Source: Sphaerodactylus townsendi
Taxonomy: Eukaryota
Reading direction: 5' to 3'
Length of the DNA stretch: 64,000 bases
Assembly: GCF_021028975.2 (NCBI RefSeq)
Contig: NC_059431.1
Coordinates: 43,462,001-43,526,000 of the forward strand
Made by a program: the position numbers and the translations under genes. The notes under the pieces were generated by a model. That model searched no databases. It had not been told where the DNA came from and saw nothing but the letters and a program-made list of their open reading frames with translations. Below, piece after piece: positions 1-12,475 of the stretch. Position 1 is the stretch's first letter. The number at the start of each line of letters is the position of its first letter.

Positions 1-770
1 TGGTTACATCTAGATTAGATTATTGAAATATGCTCTATATGAGGCTGCTTTTGAAAACTGTTCAGAAATACCAAGTGGTGCAGAGTACGATAGCCAGGAT
101 GTTGACGGGAGGGGATTGTAGGGAACATATTACTCCAGTCTTGGCCCACCTACACTGACTTTCAGTCTGTAACTGGGCACAGTTGGATGCTGGTATTGAC
201 CTTTAAACCCCTATGTGCTTGAAACCAGAATATCTGAAGGAGTGCCTATTCTCTTAAGAACCTAAGCAAACATTTTGGCCATCTTGCAAGGTCCTGCTTC
301 AGGTGCCTCTGCCTTCAAAGGTTAGGCAGGTGGCAACCCAAGAGAGGGTCTTCTTGGTTGTGGCACCAAAAATTCTGAAATGGCCTCACTAAATTTGATT
401 ATGATTATGCTTTGTTGTTTATATGGTTGCTGTTCACTGCCCAGAGTCCTATGGGGGAGGGTGGGATATAAATCAAATCAAATAAAAATAAATATATAAA
501 AGAGACTTCTGCCTGGCAGTGAACTTTTTTTTTTTGCTTTGATTGGTGTTCCCTCAGTGATCCCTCCTTCCTGCCTAATCTTCTAATTTTTTTTATGTTT
601 TTGTGTGTATTTTAGCTCTGGTTTCCATTCTTGTAGTAATATGCTTTTGTTGGTTTTCAGTTTCTAAAGATGTGATATTATTATGTATATTTTACTGTGT
701 TAGTTGCCTTGGTGGCCTTTATGTGGGCAGAATGCCAAGGTATACATTTTGTAAAATAAATAAAATAAAT
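1..770 (+). mobile_element. L2-clade LINE 3' fragment (ORF2 C-terminus, 3' UTR, A-rich tail)
   Basis: Start translates to a decayed VTSRLDY-x-N-x-LY..LL.KTVQK.QVVQ, the typical L2 ORF2 C-terminus. Ends in a (TAAA)n-like tail at about 752-770. Appears interrupted by a second L2-type tail at about 389-497. Confidence 0.75.
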
Positions 771-3513
771 ATGCTCTTTTATTTAAGGACTAAAGTTGAT
801 TTCACATGCACATGGCCCCAGCTAGGTCAGTGCAAGTATTTTTTTGAGTATCACTGATGTGATTGTCACCCCACAGTAGATAAAAACAGAATTTTGTTAC
901 TGTATATCTTCTTTCATTGTCTCTTCTCTCCATTCTTTCATTTGAAGATAATTAATCAGGAAAGGGGTCCCTGTGAAAAAAGGGACTCTTACCTCCATGT
1001 AGCACACACCATTTATAGTAATGCTTGACAGCTACAGCTGCTTGCCTGTCAAAATGACTTCGAAGCAGAAGGGTAGGCGGTTTCGTTTATTGCTGCCCTG
1101 TGGTGGATTGTTACTTTATAACCTGAAGTCCCTTCTTCTTTTGCTCCCTTGCCCTTAAAACCTAGGTTTGGCATGCTTTCCTTTCTTTCTGAGTCTGAGT
1201 GTAACAGCTGAACTACACAAATGTCAACAAGCAGAAGACTCCACAAATAGCTGCAGCAATGTAAAAACATGCCAACATGAAGCCAACTTTTCTGTATCTG
1301 ACAAGGTCCAAAATCAAAATTTAGCAAATATCACTGATTGGACAAAATAGATTGTACCTTAACTTTCAAAAAACTGTTTTTCAAAATCTGTTAAATTGGC
1401 AAGAGGAGACTGAACAAAAAAAGAAAGAAAGTGCCCATCTAAACCTGCTAAAAAATAGTTGCAGGGATGTAGCTGGTAGTTAAATGAATATAATAGCAAC
1501 AATACTACTGGCATACTTTATAGAGCAGTTGGAAATATTAATTAAACCACTGGAAGTAAAGGGGTAAGCACTAAATATTTAGTATTCGTATTTGTTGATC
1601 CCATGTGCCAACCTATGCAGAAATTATGTCAAGTATTGGCAAGAAGTTCTAGGTTTTGCTTCAATACTGTTTCCAGGAAAGAATGTTAAATTGGAAATTA
1701 GTCTAAACCAAAACTGAATAGACAATATTCCTCCTCCTCATTTTCATGAATATTATTGATAGCAGTAGCAGTAGCAGTAATATAATCTGAAAGGAGAAAT
1801 TAACATCAGTCATATTTTGAAATATTCAGATGTGTGATTCTAGTTCTTATTTGTTTGGCCAAGAGTTCAAGAAGGTCAGGCAAATGGCTGAAGACAAGGA
1901 GACCATAATTCAGCAAACAGGGATTTTGTTTGACAGGGATTTTGACCACCAAATTGCACAAAGTTCTTACTACCACATAGGATTGCTTTATTAGGGTTAT
2001 TTGTCCAAATTGTTTGCACTAATTGCTCATTTGAGAAGAAAGGTTATAGGCTCTGGCAGGGAGGATCTCTTCTGATAACTATGATGCTTGACAATTTCAT
2101 TCCTATTGAATTGGGGACAAAAGTTACAGCTAGGAGTGTTGATAGTTGAAATCTATGGGGGAAAAAAACTAATGCAGACAATAGAATTATGAGAGAAAAG
2201 CAAAAAAAAATCCTCACACTGTGTAATAAAGATAGTTAAAAGTGTTACGTATAAAATGAAAAGAAACTATTATGAGGCACGTTCCTAATCCCTCCTTTAA
2301 TTTTCCTGATGCAATTGTCCCCTTAGTGCCCCTACATTCCTCTTATTTTAACCTGTTTGCTGCAGTACCCAAAGACATGGTTGTTTCAGACAGCCCAGAA
2401 CATGGAAGCATTAGCAAGAGTTGAAGATAAACTAGAATCATTAGCAATAGCATGTCCCTCACCCTCAGTCACTGGTGGCCACTCAGGCCTGTTTTATATG
2501 CTGCCTGGATTATTCAGAACCAGTATAGTGCATCTGATTCATCAGCCCAAGAACAGAAAGACAAGACCCCATGGTGTCATGAATTTCTCTAGGAACTTTG
2601 TGCCGGTCACCCTAACCCTAACCTACTTCAAGAGGTTATGACTATTAGACATGGGTGGATTCCACACTGCAAATATACAGCTGGTTTAAGTTGCTTTAAA
2701 TTACCAGTAAGTTCCTGTTCACATGCGTGCAGTTCAGGCTGTGATTGGAGTCCATGGAAACAATCCAGGTTGCTTTTGCACCTTTGCACAGATATGCTTC
2801 TCTCTTTAAAAAAATTTCCTGCAACACATGCGCAGCTGTGCAAGCATACAGAAACGAACCCCCACAGATTATCCCACAATACAATCAGCTGCACCTGTGT
2901 AACTGTGCATGTGCAACACACAAAAGAAAATAAAAAGGGACCTCCCTGCAATCGCCGGGCAATAATGAACATACTGCTATAGATGGGTCATACTTTCACT
3001 GCCATGAGGAGGAAATGTGCTTGGGGGAGTTTGTAAACAGAGATTCCCTCAGAGAATCTGCCCACAACCTGCTGGGTGACCTGAACAGAATGGTAGATGG
3101 GCAGATTCTTCCTGATGATGGACAGGAGGAAACTTACAGTGAATGGGTGGAAGGGAGGGAAGTAAAGCATCTCCTGACTGTCCATTCACACAGGAGTGGT
3201 TCCAACCCGGGACTGTGCAAAAGGATTGCTGGTTTAGCAATTTTTGAAAATCTTGGATTGAGAAAATTAGAACAGGGCAAACTTGAAGCCTGTGTGAAGT
3301 CCCTCAGCCAAACAGTTTGTATTGTGCTCTACACTCATTATATTTTCCCTTTGTGGAATCCACCATAGAGAATCATCTACTCCTATATTGACAGATGATC
3401 ACAAAAATAAAAATTAACCATAGCCATCACTGCTTCAAATGTGGTTAGTTTGTATCACTGCCAATAGCTAGTATATAGTATTCAGGGATAAATATGTGGA
3501 ATTCTGAAGCCAG

Positions 3514-4432
3514 TAAGGATGTGCAGCAAAAAAAGAAAAAAATCTTTTTTCAGATCCAGATATATTGGAGCCAAAAGAAAAAAAATCAGTATTCCCGGCT
3601 TTCTGGGTTTCAAATACTGATGTGGTATTTGAATCTCCCCCCACCCCTCAGGTTACAATATATTTTGGCTACATTATTCCCTATGGGGAATCTTTCCACA
3701 GGGCTGTGGGATATTTTTAAAGGTACTGGAACCAAATTTGCAAGGGAACTGCTCATTTCTGTCCTTTAAATAACCCCTAAATTTCAAGCAAATTGAACTA
3801 AGGGATCCAATGCTGTGGGCCCCTGAACAAGATGTCTCTGACCATCCTGTTTCTTTCTATGGAGCATCCTATTGCTTTCTATGGAGGACAGAAACTCATG
3901 AAAAATGAAAAACATAAGAATCTTCCCCGTATGAATGTTACTGTAAGCTATTGCTGAGCCTACCCATTGTGAAATGTGAGAATACCAAATTATGTAAGAG
4001 AATCTCAGACTTGGTAGTGAGGGGCAGGATAAAAATCCAACTAACAAACAAACAAATGTAAACTATGACACTTTACAAAAATACTGTGAACATGACACAA
4101 ATCCAACTTCTAGAAAGAATTATTTTTTTAAAAAAACAAGAAAAGCAGACTGGTACACTATTACCTAAAGCAGCCTGGCAAGCTGATGTCAAGGCCTGGA
4201 GTCACAGAAATACAGATTTAAAAGGGAGGGAAGGGGAGCTCAGGTCTGTGAGTCTGAAAATGCTGGCTCCCAATATTCCTGGTTAATCCTGAATATTTCC
4301 AGGATTTTTCAGTACCCAATTTTTGGTATCCTGAAAAATCTTGGATATACTTTGGAGACTTGAATATATCTCGAAAATACCAACAAGGTATTTTTGGATA
4401 TATTTTCCAACTGAACATATCTGAATGCATGT
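3514..4432. mobile_element. Decayed non-autonomous DNA transposon (hAT-like TAGGG(A/G)TGTGC family)
   Basis: Begins taaggatgtgc. The internal ccctatgggga...accaaattt...ggatccaa...gggcccc module resembles 10506-11494. Ends are degraded. Confidence 0.4.
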
Positions 4433-6693
4433 TCTGTTTTGAGCCCCAGCTGCCAAGAGGGATAGTACTGGCAGGAGATTTACTTGCACACCTGCAGGAA
4501 GTACACCCCTGCCATATTGGCCAAAGAATCCACAAAGAATAACAAGAACAACTTCAGAATCCCAGCCAAGCTGTTGACCAAGCTAAAATCTCATTTATAC
4601 TACAGGTATCTGACCAAGGAAACAGAACTATCTGGAGATTTTGGGCAACTATGTTTTCAGAACTGTGAATTTTTCACTTTCTTTTCTCTCTTCCTTTGTT
4701 TTTCCTGCATACTTAGGCTCTCCAGGGAATGAATGTCTCTTAATATGTCTATGAGCAGCACTTCTCACAATACAATCTTGTTCTTAGAATGGCGCCTGCA
4801 GGCGCTCTGTATAATAAAATAATAGTTTAAGACTTTCAAAACTCAAAGTCCCCTTTCAAAATTATAAAATGACAATCTCCATTGATCTAGGCTCAGGACA
4901 GGGATATAATGTCAAAACAGCAGCAGTAGCTGAAGCACAACGGTACAATTTTTATTGTTCAGAGCAAGAAAGTATAAGGAGCACTAGGCTTTGATTTGTT
5001 CGTAATAGTGCTTAACACTTTGTTAAAAATAAAAGGCACAGAAGAAAAACAATAGTCTCTGCTTCTATGAGTTAGGTTTCACTCTTGTTAAAGCAGTGAG
5101 GGATTCAAATTGTATTCTAACATGCTTTGAAAAAGAAAGGACAGGTAGGTAAGAGTACATATTGAATGAAAGAATGGACACAAAAGGTTTTACAATGCAA
5201 TGCTTCATTCTGAGCATTTCTGCACACAACACAGTGTATCTTTTGTTTCTTCTTCAACTGGAAGAAGAGGTGGATGAAGTTAGATACAGCGCCAGTGGGC
5301 TTTTTAATAACATAATCCATTACTATAAATTTTAGTCTGTTCCCCTTTACTCATGTGCATGGTTCTGAAAACATTTAATTTTTTAAATTATTGCCAGTTC
5401 AGAAGCTTCAGCCACAGAAAATAGCTATATGTGGCAATCTATGCCACAGTAGCAAAGTTAGCGTTAAAAAGTCCATTAGACTTCAATTTTCTTGGGTTAT
5501 GAATACAAAAAAATTAGAGACTTTGTGGTATGCTCAAACACCTACAGGTTTAACTCATGTTCTGTTTACCAGTCAGGAAAAGAGATCCAATTATATAATG
5601 GTCTGTTAGTATGTCTGTTGACCCAGTCATGAGTGTTTGGCAGGTTGTTTCACCATATCAGTCAATATATCTAACTCTCAACATGGCCAGATCTATGGAT
5701 ACTTGAATCTGGATCCATGGACTGACAAAACAGATCTTTGAACCAAACTGATGACACCCCAGATTTTCAGAAAAATGTGACCCTCCCCCCCAGCACAAAA
5801 ATGACACTTTTAGCTATGCGCGTTTAGATTTGAGAAATTGTATGGGGGTTACCAAGAAGAAGGAAAGAGGATTATACAGGGGAAAATGAGGTGCCACCAA
5901 ATGTTCCCTTCCATGCATTTGGGCTAGGCTTGGTGGTTGGCACTGTGCAACTGGGGCATAGTTTTCCTAAGCAGAGGCTGCTTGGGAGGAGGAGAGAAAG
6001 CTGAAAATGGGGGTGGGGATAATGGTGAGTTGTTGTGTGGGAAGGAGACAAGGAAGCAGGAAAGGGGGCAAGACTATGAGGGATTTCAGGGAAGGGAAGG
6101 AGGAAACAATGGGAGACAGGAAAATGAAATACCCCCATAATCCTTACAGAGCCTCAACTTTTAGATATAATTTTCAATGTAGCCCCATCTAAATCCTGAG
6201 ACTAGAGGTGTGAACAAATAATACAGATGCTTCTGCAAAGCCACAAGTTTGCAGAAAATTTGGAAATCTGAAATAAAGGGTTTTTTAATTAAATGTGTAT
6301 ATTTCCTTTTGACTCAAGATTGAGCCTTTCCTCCCATCTAAAGAGACTTTCTGCAGCTTAAGTGATGCTTCTGTTGGAGGAAGAGCTGCTTAAGTTGGTC
6401 TCCTTAGGCTGCAGGAAGGTTACTTAGAAGAAGGTTGGATCCACTTCATTTTTTTTAAAAAAACCTACCAGTCGATACACATCAAAATAGTTCTTAACTA
6501 TATTAATTGCTGCCAGTATGTTTGGACTAGCAGTGTTCTGGAGCATGCATAGGGTTTTTTGAGGGGGAGGGGCCCAGCGCAAAGTCCTTTGAGTGAACAA
6601 CCTCAGCAATCAGCTCACAACTGATGAACACAGTCAAATAAAGTACATTTGACAGTTGTAACCTTCACCAGAGACTAACAGCTATCAAAGACT

Positions 6694-7490
6694 AACATAT
6701 AGCAGCAGCCGACTCAACGGGGGCAGCCATTGCGGCTGTGGTGAGCAGAATAGGCAAAGGAAGTTTGCAGGTTGCATGGTGCAGAGAGGTTTTTGCAGGG
6801 AGCTGCAATGATTGGCTCCAAGCCGAAAAGGCAGGAGGAGCAAACGGATAAAAGGCGCCACACCCTGAGCTCGGCCTTCTTGGCTTGCCGAGGCTCAAGA
6901 GCGGCGTGGCCCACCCACCCTCCCTAGCTTACATGTTATGTTAAAATGTTGTGAATGTACTGCTTTGCTATATTTGTCGCAGCCCAGCGGGTTGACAACG
7001 GGAGTCGCAACATCTGGGGGAGAAGCCGAGCCAGGCGGCCGGTCTTCTCCATGGTTGTGCCCTGCGGAATGGCCGGGGGGTGTGGCGGGCTGGTAGGCAA
7101 GCCGGTAGGCTTCGCCGGTGCCCAACACCCCAGCAGGTGGGGGTGAGTTGGGCCGGTAGGCAAGCCGGTAGGCTTAGCCGTGCCAGACACCCCAGTAGGT
7201 GGGGGTGGGGCAGGCCAGTAGGCCAGCCGGTAGGCTTAGCCGGTGCCCGACACCCCCAGCAGCAGGAAGGGTTGAAGCCGGGGGTTCGCCCCTGGAGCTC
7301 CCAGCTTCCTGCAGGAGGCCCCAATGGGGATTGGGGACCGCTTGATGTTGCGACCTGTTTGCTGCCCAGCTTCTGGTTATAATGATATGTTGTTAGTTAA
7401 TAAATTGGGCTGCGGCCCAATCCATTTTCCAAGCACTGTTTGTGGTGTGTTTATTTGCTGGAGAAGGGTCTCACCATCTGCATGCAATTT
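6694..7490 (+). mobile_element. GC/CpG-rich terminal-repeat remnant of a DIRS/Ngaro-like (or LTR) retroelement
   Basis: Abrupt GC/CpG island with a TATA-like ataaaag (6848), cccacccaccctccct motif and aataaa..gctgcggcc (7399) followed by a GT-rich tract. Short inverted ends tggtgag (6739) / ctcacca (7476). No TSD seen. Confidence 0.45.
7086..7262. repeat. About 62-bp GC-rich tandem repeat, about 3 copies
   Basis: (g/a)gtaggc(a/c)agccggtaggctt recurs at 7092, 7155 and 7217. Confidence 0.9.
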
Positions 7491-9988
7491 GCTTTTTTAA
7501 AAAATGCATATTGCAAGAAGACCAGACATAATCTGAATCTCTGCTGCTGTCACTGATCCTAACTCCCTGATGTGAGTAGGTTCAACCTAGCATCAGCAGT
7601 GAGCCCCATGCACGTACAAGTGTACTCGTGAAGAAAAAGGTAAATTGTCTGTTTGCAGAATTCCAAAGGACAGGAGTAGTTTTGTGCGGTATGGTAAGGA
7701 CTAGGAAAGGATGCTGGGAGATGAGACATGGAGGCTAGAAAACAATGTGGATGGAGGAAAGTTGTTGACTGTGAAATGAACTAGAGAACAGGAACCAATA
7801 GTAACAAAAAGAGAAGAAGGTATGATGCAAACAAAGGCACCAGGAAAGCAAGTAATTAAATTTCATATTTTTATATGCAATAAGCTAAATGTTATATGAA
7901 TCCAATGTATACATTTCTAAATATTTTCCTGTGTTCTGATAGAATTATGTTAATTTACCTGTTTCCTGTATACTTTGGCCTATGTAGACCAAGCTATGAT
8001 ATGTCTTCTTAAAAGCTTGAAAAGGCACAATAGAGAACCAGAGCTGCAAACTTTTATTGATCAAAAAACAAAATAGGAAAGAGAAGACATTAAATTGGAA
8101 TTAGAATCAGTGACGGTGAATAGTTGCCTCTTTGAATCACAGTTTAGGTGTGAATTTTGAGGAGCACCCTCAAACTCTGGGGAAAAATGTTGTATGGAAC
8201 GCTGATATTATTCTAGAGCATGTTGCCAGTATTTTGTATGTACATGAATTCACTCTGCTCTCCCTTCTCTGCCCAATCCATTTGAAAGTGAAAAAATACA
8301 AAAGAGGTGATTTTTCTGGGTGTCCCAGACCTGCTTGGAGAGTTGAGGGAGGGGAGCTGGGTGGCGTGTCTCTCTATAATGCCAGCCTGGCTGTACGGTC
8401 TCTGTTTTCAAAAACCAAGTGTTGTTCTGGAGTTCTAAATTGGATTACAAATGTTTTGTGCATTGCCATTGTAACGAACTTCTGCTCTTTTAGACAGCAA
8501 TCCTAAACAAGTCTACTCAAAATCCCACTCAAGCTTATTTAATGGGGTTTACTCATAGGAAAGTGTTCTGCTGTTGAACTATTTTAATCCAGTGAAGCAT
8601 TTTAAAGGAGACAAAGAATTAAAAACTTTTCATTTAGACACCTTGAAGGGATACAACCTTTATCAATGCTATATATCTTTCAGGATTAACTCTGTTTTCA
8701 GGTAGAGTGAGGTAAATATATTAGCTGCTATAAAACAGGAAGGTGATTTTGAGGGTGTGTGTTTTGCCTCCAAAAATAGACCCTTCAGATTTTTTTCCCT
8801 TAGGCAAAAAAAGTGCCATGAGTTAAACTCAATGTCATCTGTGGAAAATAAGTTGTTTGTACTTCCTTGAGTTTTGGGTGGTAACTAATGAAAAGGAAAA
8901 AAGGCATGGAGCATTCTTATTGCCACATACGATAGTGAAACAACATGGCCTACATTAATTCAAACCCACAGTACTGATGATTTCATGAAATTGGTTAGGT
9001 GTCTGTTATATAGTTCATGTTGAACCATAAGTCCCTGGATGAAGCAATTTCCCTTCTTTTTTTAACTTGAAGCATTACAATCCAGACATCACTTGGTGTA
9101 TTGAATCACTGAAATGGCTGGTTTAGAGAAAGTCTTCCCATTTAAAAACCCACCAGCCTTTTCATGCTTTTAAAGTATTTTTAATTAGATTGTATTCCTT
9201 TGAAACAGATGCTTTTAATATTCAGCTTGAATATTTTACAAGCTATACAAATATTTTGTTCATGGTGTTTTCTGGGGCTCACAGCCAAAGTTTGCTCATC
9301 AATGCTTTAGAATACCATTTTATTATCCTGGAACCTGGGGTGATTCAGCTTCTGAACAGTTTTCTCTTTTCCCCTGTAAAATTAACATGACATTATATAT
9401 GCACAATTTTGTTAGTTAACCATAGTACTTAGTACTAGAGTTTGATTTTGCAAGGCTTTATGTGCCAAATCAGAGCATTAAAACAATTAAGGTCATTTTC
9501 TCACTGTAAAAGTTGATGGTCCTTTGGCTGCCACCCCTATGTTCTTGGTTCTGTCCCTGCACCAAAGATGACATATGTTTCTATGATGTACCACTCCTTA
9601 GTGATAAAAGTGCTACCCTAAGAACACTTTCATGGGAGTAATCTCCACTGTATTTTTAGAATTCTAAGTAAACCTGTTCAGAATTGCTCTCTAAAACTGG
9701 AGTGGCAAAGGGATTATAAGGTGATTTTTGTTGTAATAAAAATAGAAATAATTTTTTCCTTAAGAGTCTTTGCCTATATAAACTATAAAACTGGATTTTG
9801 CAAAGAAACCATAAATAACCAAAGACTTGGATCTAGTGATCATTTCCACCACTGAAAAGGGAGGAGGGAATCCCTTTTCACTGGCTATTTTGAGGATAGT
9901 GGGATCTGCCTGGATGGAGGCTGGAACTAAGGAGGGTAATGCTGGGGCAACTACTAGGGGAAAGGGTAGAATGGGAAAGGCCTATATC

Positions 9989-10125
9989 CAGTGGTGGGAT
10001 TCAGCAGGTTCACACCATTTCAGCAGAACCGGTTGTTAAAATGGTGCTTGTTAAACAACCAGTTGTTAAATTATTTGAATCCCACCAACAGAACCGGTTG
10101 TTAAATTATTTGAATCTCACCACTG
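9989..10125. mobile_element. hAT MITE
   Basis: TIRs cagtggtgggattca / tgaatctcaccactg. Perfect 8-bp TSD cctatatc at 9981-9988 and 10126-10133. Confidence 0.9.
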
Positions 10126-10326
10126 CCTATATCTTTACATTCATGATCTGTCTGATCTAAACCATGGTATCTACTGTTCTCTAATATACGTTATCACCTA
10201 CCCTGTGAAGCTCTCAACATTTTTTAGCATTCAAAAAAGATTAAAAATAACAAAATGCTAATTATGTAAAATATGAAACCTCATGTTCCAGTATGAAACC
10301 TTGCCATTACCTCTGAAAGACTCTTG

Positions 10327-10467
10327 GGCTCATTCCGCACATGCAGAATAATGCACTTTCAAACTGCTTTCAATGCTCTTTGAAGCTGTATGGAATGGCA
10401 AAATCCACTTGCAAACAGTTGTGAAAGTGGTTTGAAAACGCATTATTTTGCATGTGCGGAAGGGGCC
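10327..10467. mobile_element. PIF/Harbinger-type MITE (141 bp)
   Basis: TIRs ggctcattccgcacatgcagaataatgc / gcattattttgcatgtgcggaaggggcc. 3-bp TSD ttg. Near-identical copy at 34590-34730. Confidence 0.85.
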
Positions 10468-10505
10468 TTGGAGTCATTTTATTGATTTTGAGGTTAAAAA
10501 GTCAC

Positions 10506-11494
10506 TAGAGGTGTGCAATAATTTATTGAGTATTTTTTAAATTCAGGTTTAATACATCCATTTGGGGGGGGAAGGAGAATCTGGATGGGTTTTTCCTGGC
10601 ATTTTTGTGTGTGTGGAGTATTTGAAAATGTTTTGATCTATTTCCCTATGGGAAATCTTTGTGGAGTTCAGGGGAGTGGTTTCTCAAGGTAGAAGGTAGA
10701 AGCACCAATTTTTAGCATAGCTTCAGGCAATGCTTCGTAGAAAAACTGCTAAGTTTGGTAAAGATTGGATTGGGGGCTCAATTTTATAGGTGCCCTAAGA
10801 AGGTGTTCCATCCATTCTTCTTTGTTTCCAATGGAGAAAAATGGAACCCCATAAAATAGGACCCTCTGACCCAATTTTCACCAACCTTAGATATTCTTGT
10901 AAGGAGAGTCACCAGTAACTGCACTGCAAATTTTCTGCCTCCGCTTCAAAAACTGTTCCTCCCTGAGCCCCACAAAGATTTCCCAATAGTTTCCTCAAGC
11001 GGGGAAAATTTTCACACTGTAATTCTCAGCTCTGGCATACCTCAATGTTATGTCAGAGGAAAATATTTGAGAGGCTGGGGGAAGGCTTTTTTTTCAAGAT
11101 AAAGGCATCAACTCTGCAGTGTAGCTGCTTGTGACTCTTCTCACAAGAATCTCCAAGGTTGATGAAGATTGGGTCAGGGGTCCTATTTTATGGGGCCTCA
11201 TTTTTCTCCACTGGAAACAGTGGAAAATGAATGGGAACTCAGTCCCTGATCAAATCTTCACCAAACCTAGGGGTTTGTCTAAAGTGAGTCACCTCAAGTT
11301 ATGTGGAAAATTTGGTGTTTCTACTTCAAAACAGAGCCTCCCTACAGCCCCACTAAGATCCTCCTAAGGTACCATTTGGCTCTCTCTTTTTTTTTTTGCC
11401 TTTTTAGCTTTATTGAAATGATGACAAAAGAAGCTGAAAAAATACAAAACAGATTTTTATTTTTTGGTTCAGCATATCTGAGGGCACACCCCTA
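10506..11494. mobile_element. Non-autonomous hAT-like transposon
   Basis: TIRs tagaggtgtgc / gcacaccccta. Two internal copies of the ccaagtttgg..gggtc..atgg module. TSD is degraded (aaagtcac / aatgccat). Confidence 0.65.
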
Positions 11495-12410
11495 AATGCC
11501 ATCACAAAGTGATTGTTCTCCTCAACTTTCATGTGATGACCTTATGAAAGGCTCTCCAACACCATAAAACCTTGAAAACTCTTTTCAAAACACATTGACT
11601 TACCAGTTCGCCTATATTTTGCCTCTATAAATGTGTCCAGAGAGAACTTCAGAAACTGACAGAACTAAAATGAAATCCAGTCAAGCCAAACCATCATCAG
11701 AACCATATTAGGGAAAAAAGAGCAAGATATTGGAAGATGATGCTCCAGCAAGACAGAACACATAGTTGTGTGATTTTCCAATAGTATGCATGATTTCACT
11801 TAAGTTTGGTCTGCACATGAAAGAGAATGAGATAGTAATCAAGTAGTAGTGTGCTGAGATAATAGAATGTACTGTGGTACTTCAAATTTGTATGTCTTTC
11901 TCTTTTTGGTTTTGCTTGGCTATGGGCTATAACTATTTGATCCTTTATGTTGTCTTAGAAAAATGTTGCCCAAGACTCATTAACCAAAACAATTCAACAA
12001 TATGTTTATGAATTGGCTTTTAAAAAGAGAAAATCTGACACATGTGTAACTGCTGCACCCAATTTCAAGTAGAATAGTTTTTTTTTAGTTCTGCAAACAA
12101 TAATCCCTTCTATGAGGCTAAAACCAAGAAACACATTTTGAACAATGCATTTGCTTTTCATTTAGAGAATGAAGAACTGATTCTGGGGCCACTTTAAAGT
12201 GGTTTTGCACAGTTGCAGATGCCCAACATGCCTGGCTGCATTCTACACCCACAGCTGGCATTTAGGGCTACTTACGGAGCACAAATTTCACACTTTGTAA
12301 TGCTGAGTTGCCAATGAACTTTTTAAAAGTTACGCTTTATTGTTTAGCTTAAGATGCCCTGCTCCCAGGTTATTGCTCCCTGGCAGTGAATTTTCAGCGC
12401 AACCCAAAAG

Positions 12411-12475
<65 letters not shown>
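12411..12475. repeat. (TACT)n microsatellite
   Basis: About 16 perfect units. Confidence 0.97.

Noticed and set aside
3015-3368. 117-aa ORF (MCLGEFVNRDSLRESAHNLL...) as a host exon
   Set aside because: No recognisable domain, no convincing splice pair, and its length is within chance expectation.
6936-7382. Overlapping Pro/Gly/Arg-rich ORFs, and the 62-bp repeats as a CRISPR-like array
   Set aside because: GC-rich tandem repeat with no unique spacers, no cas genes and a vertebrate context.
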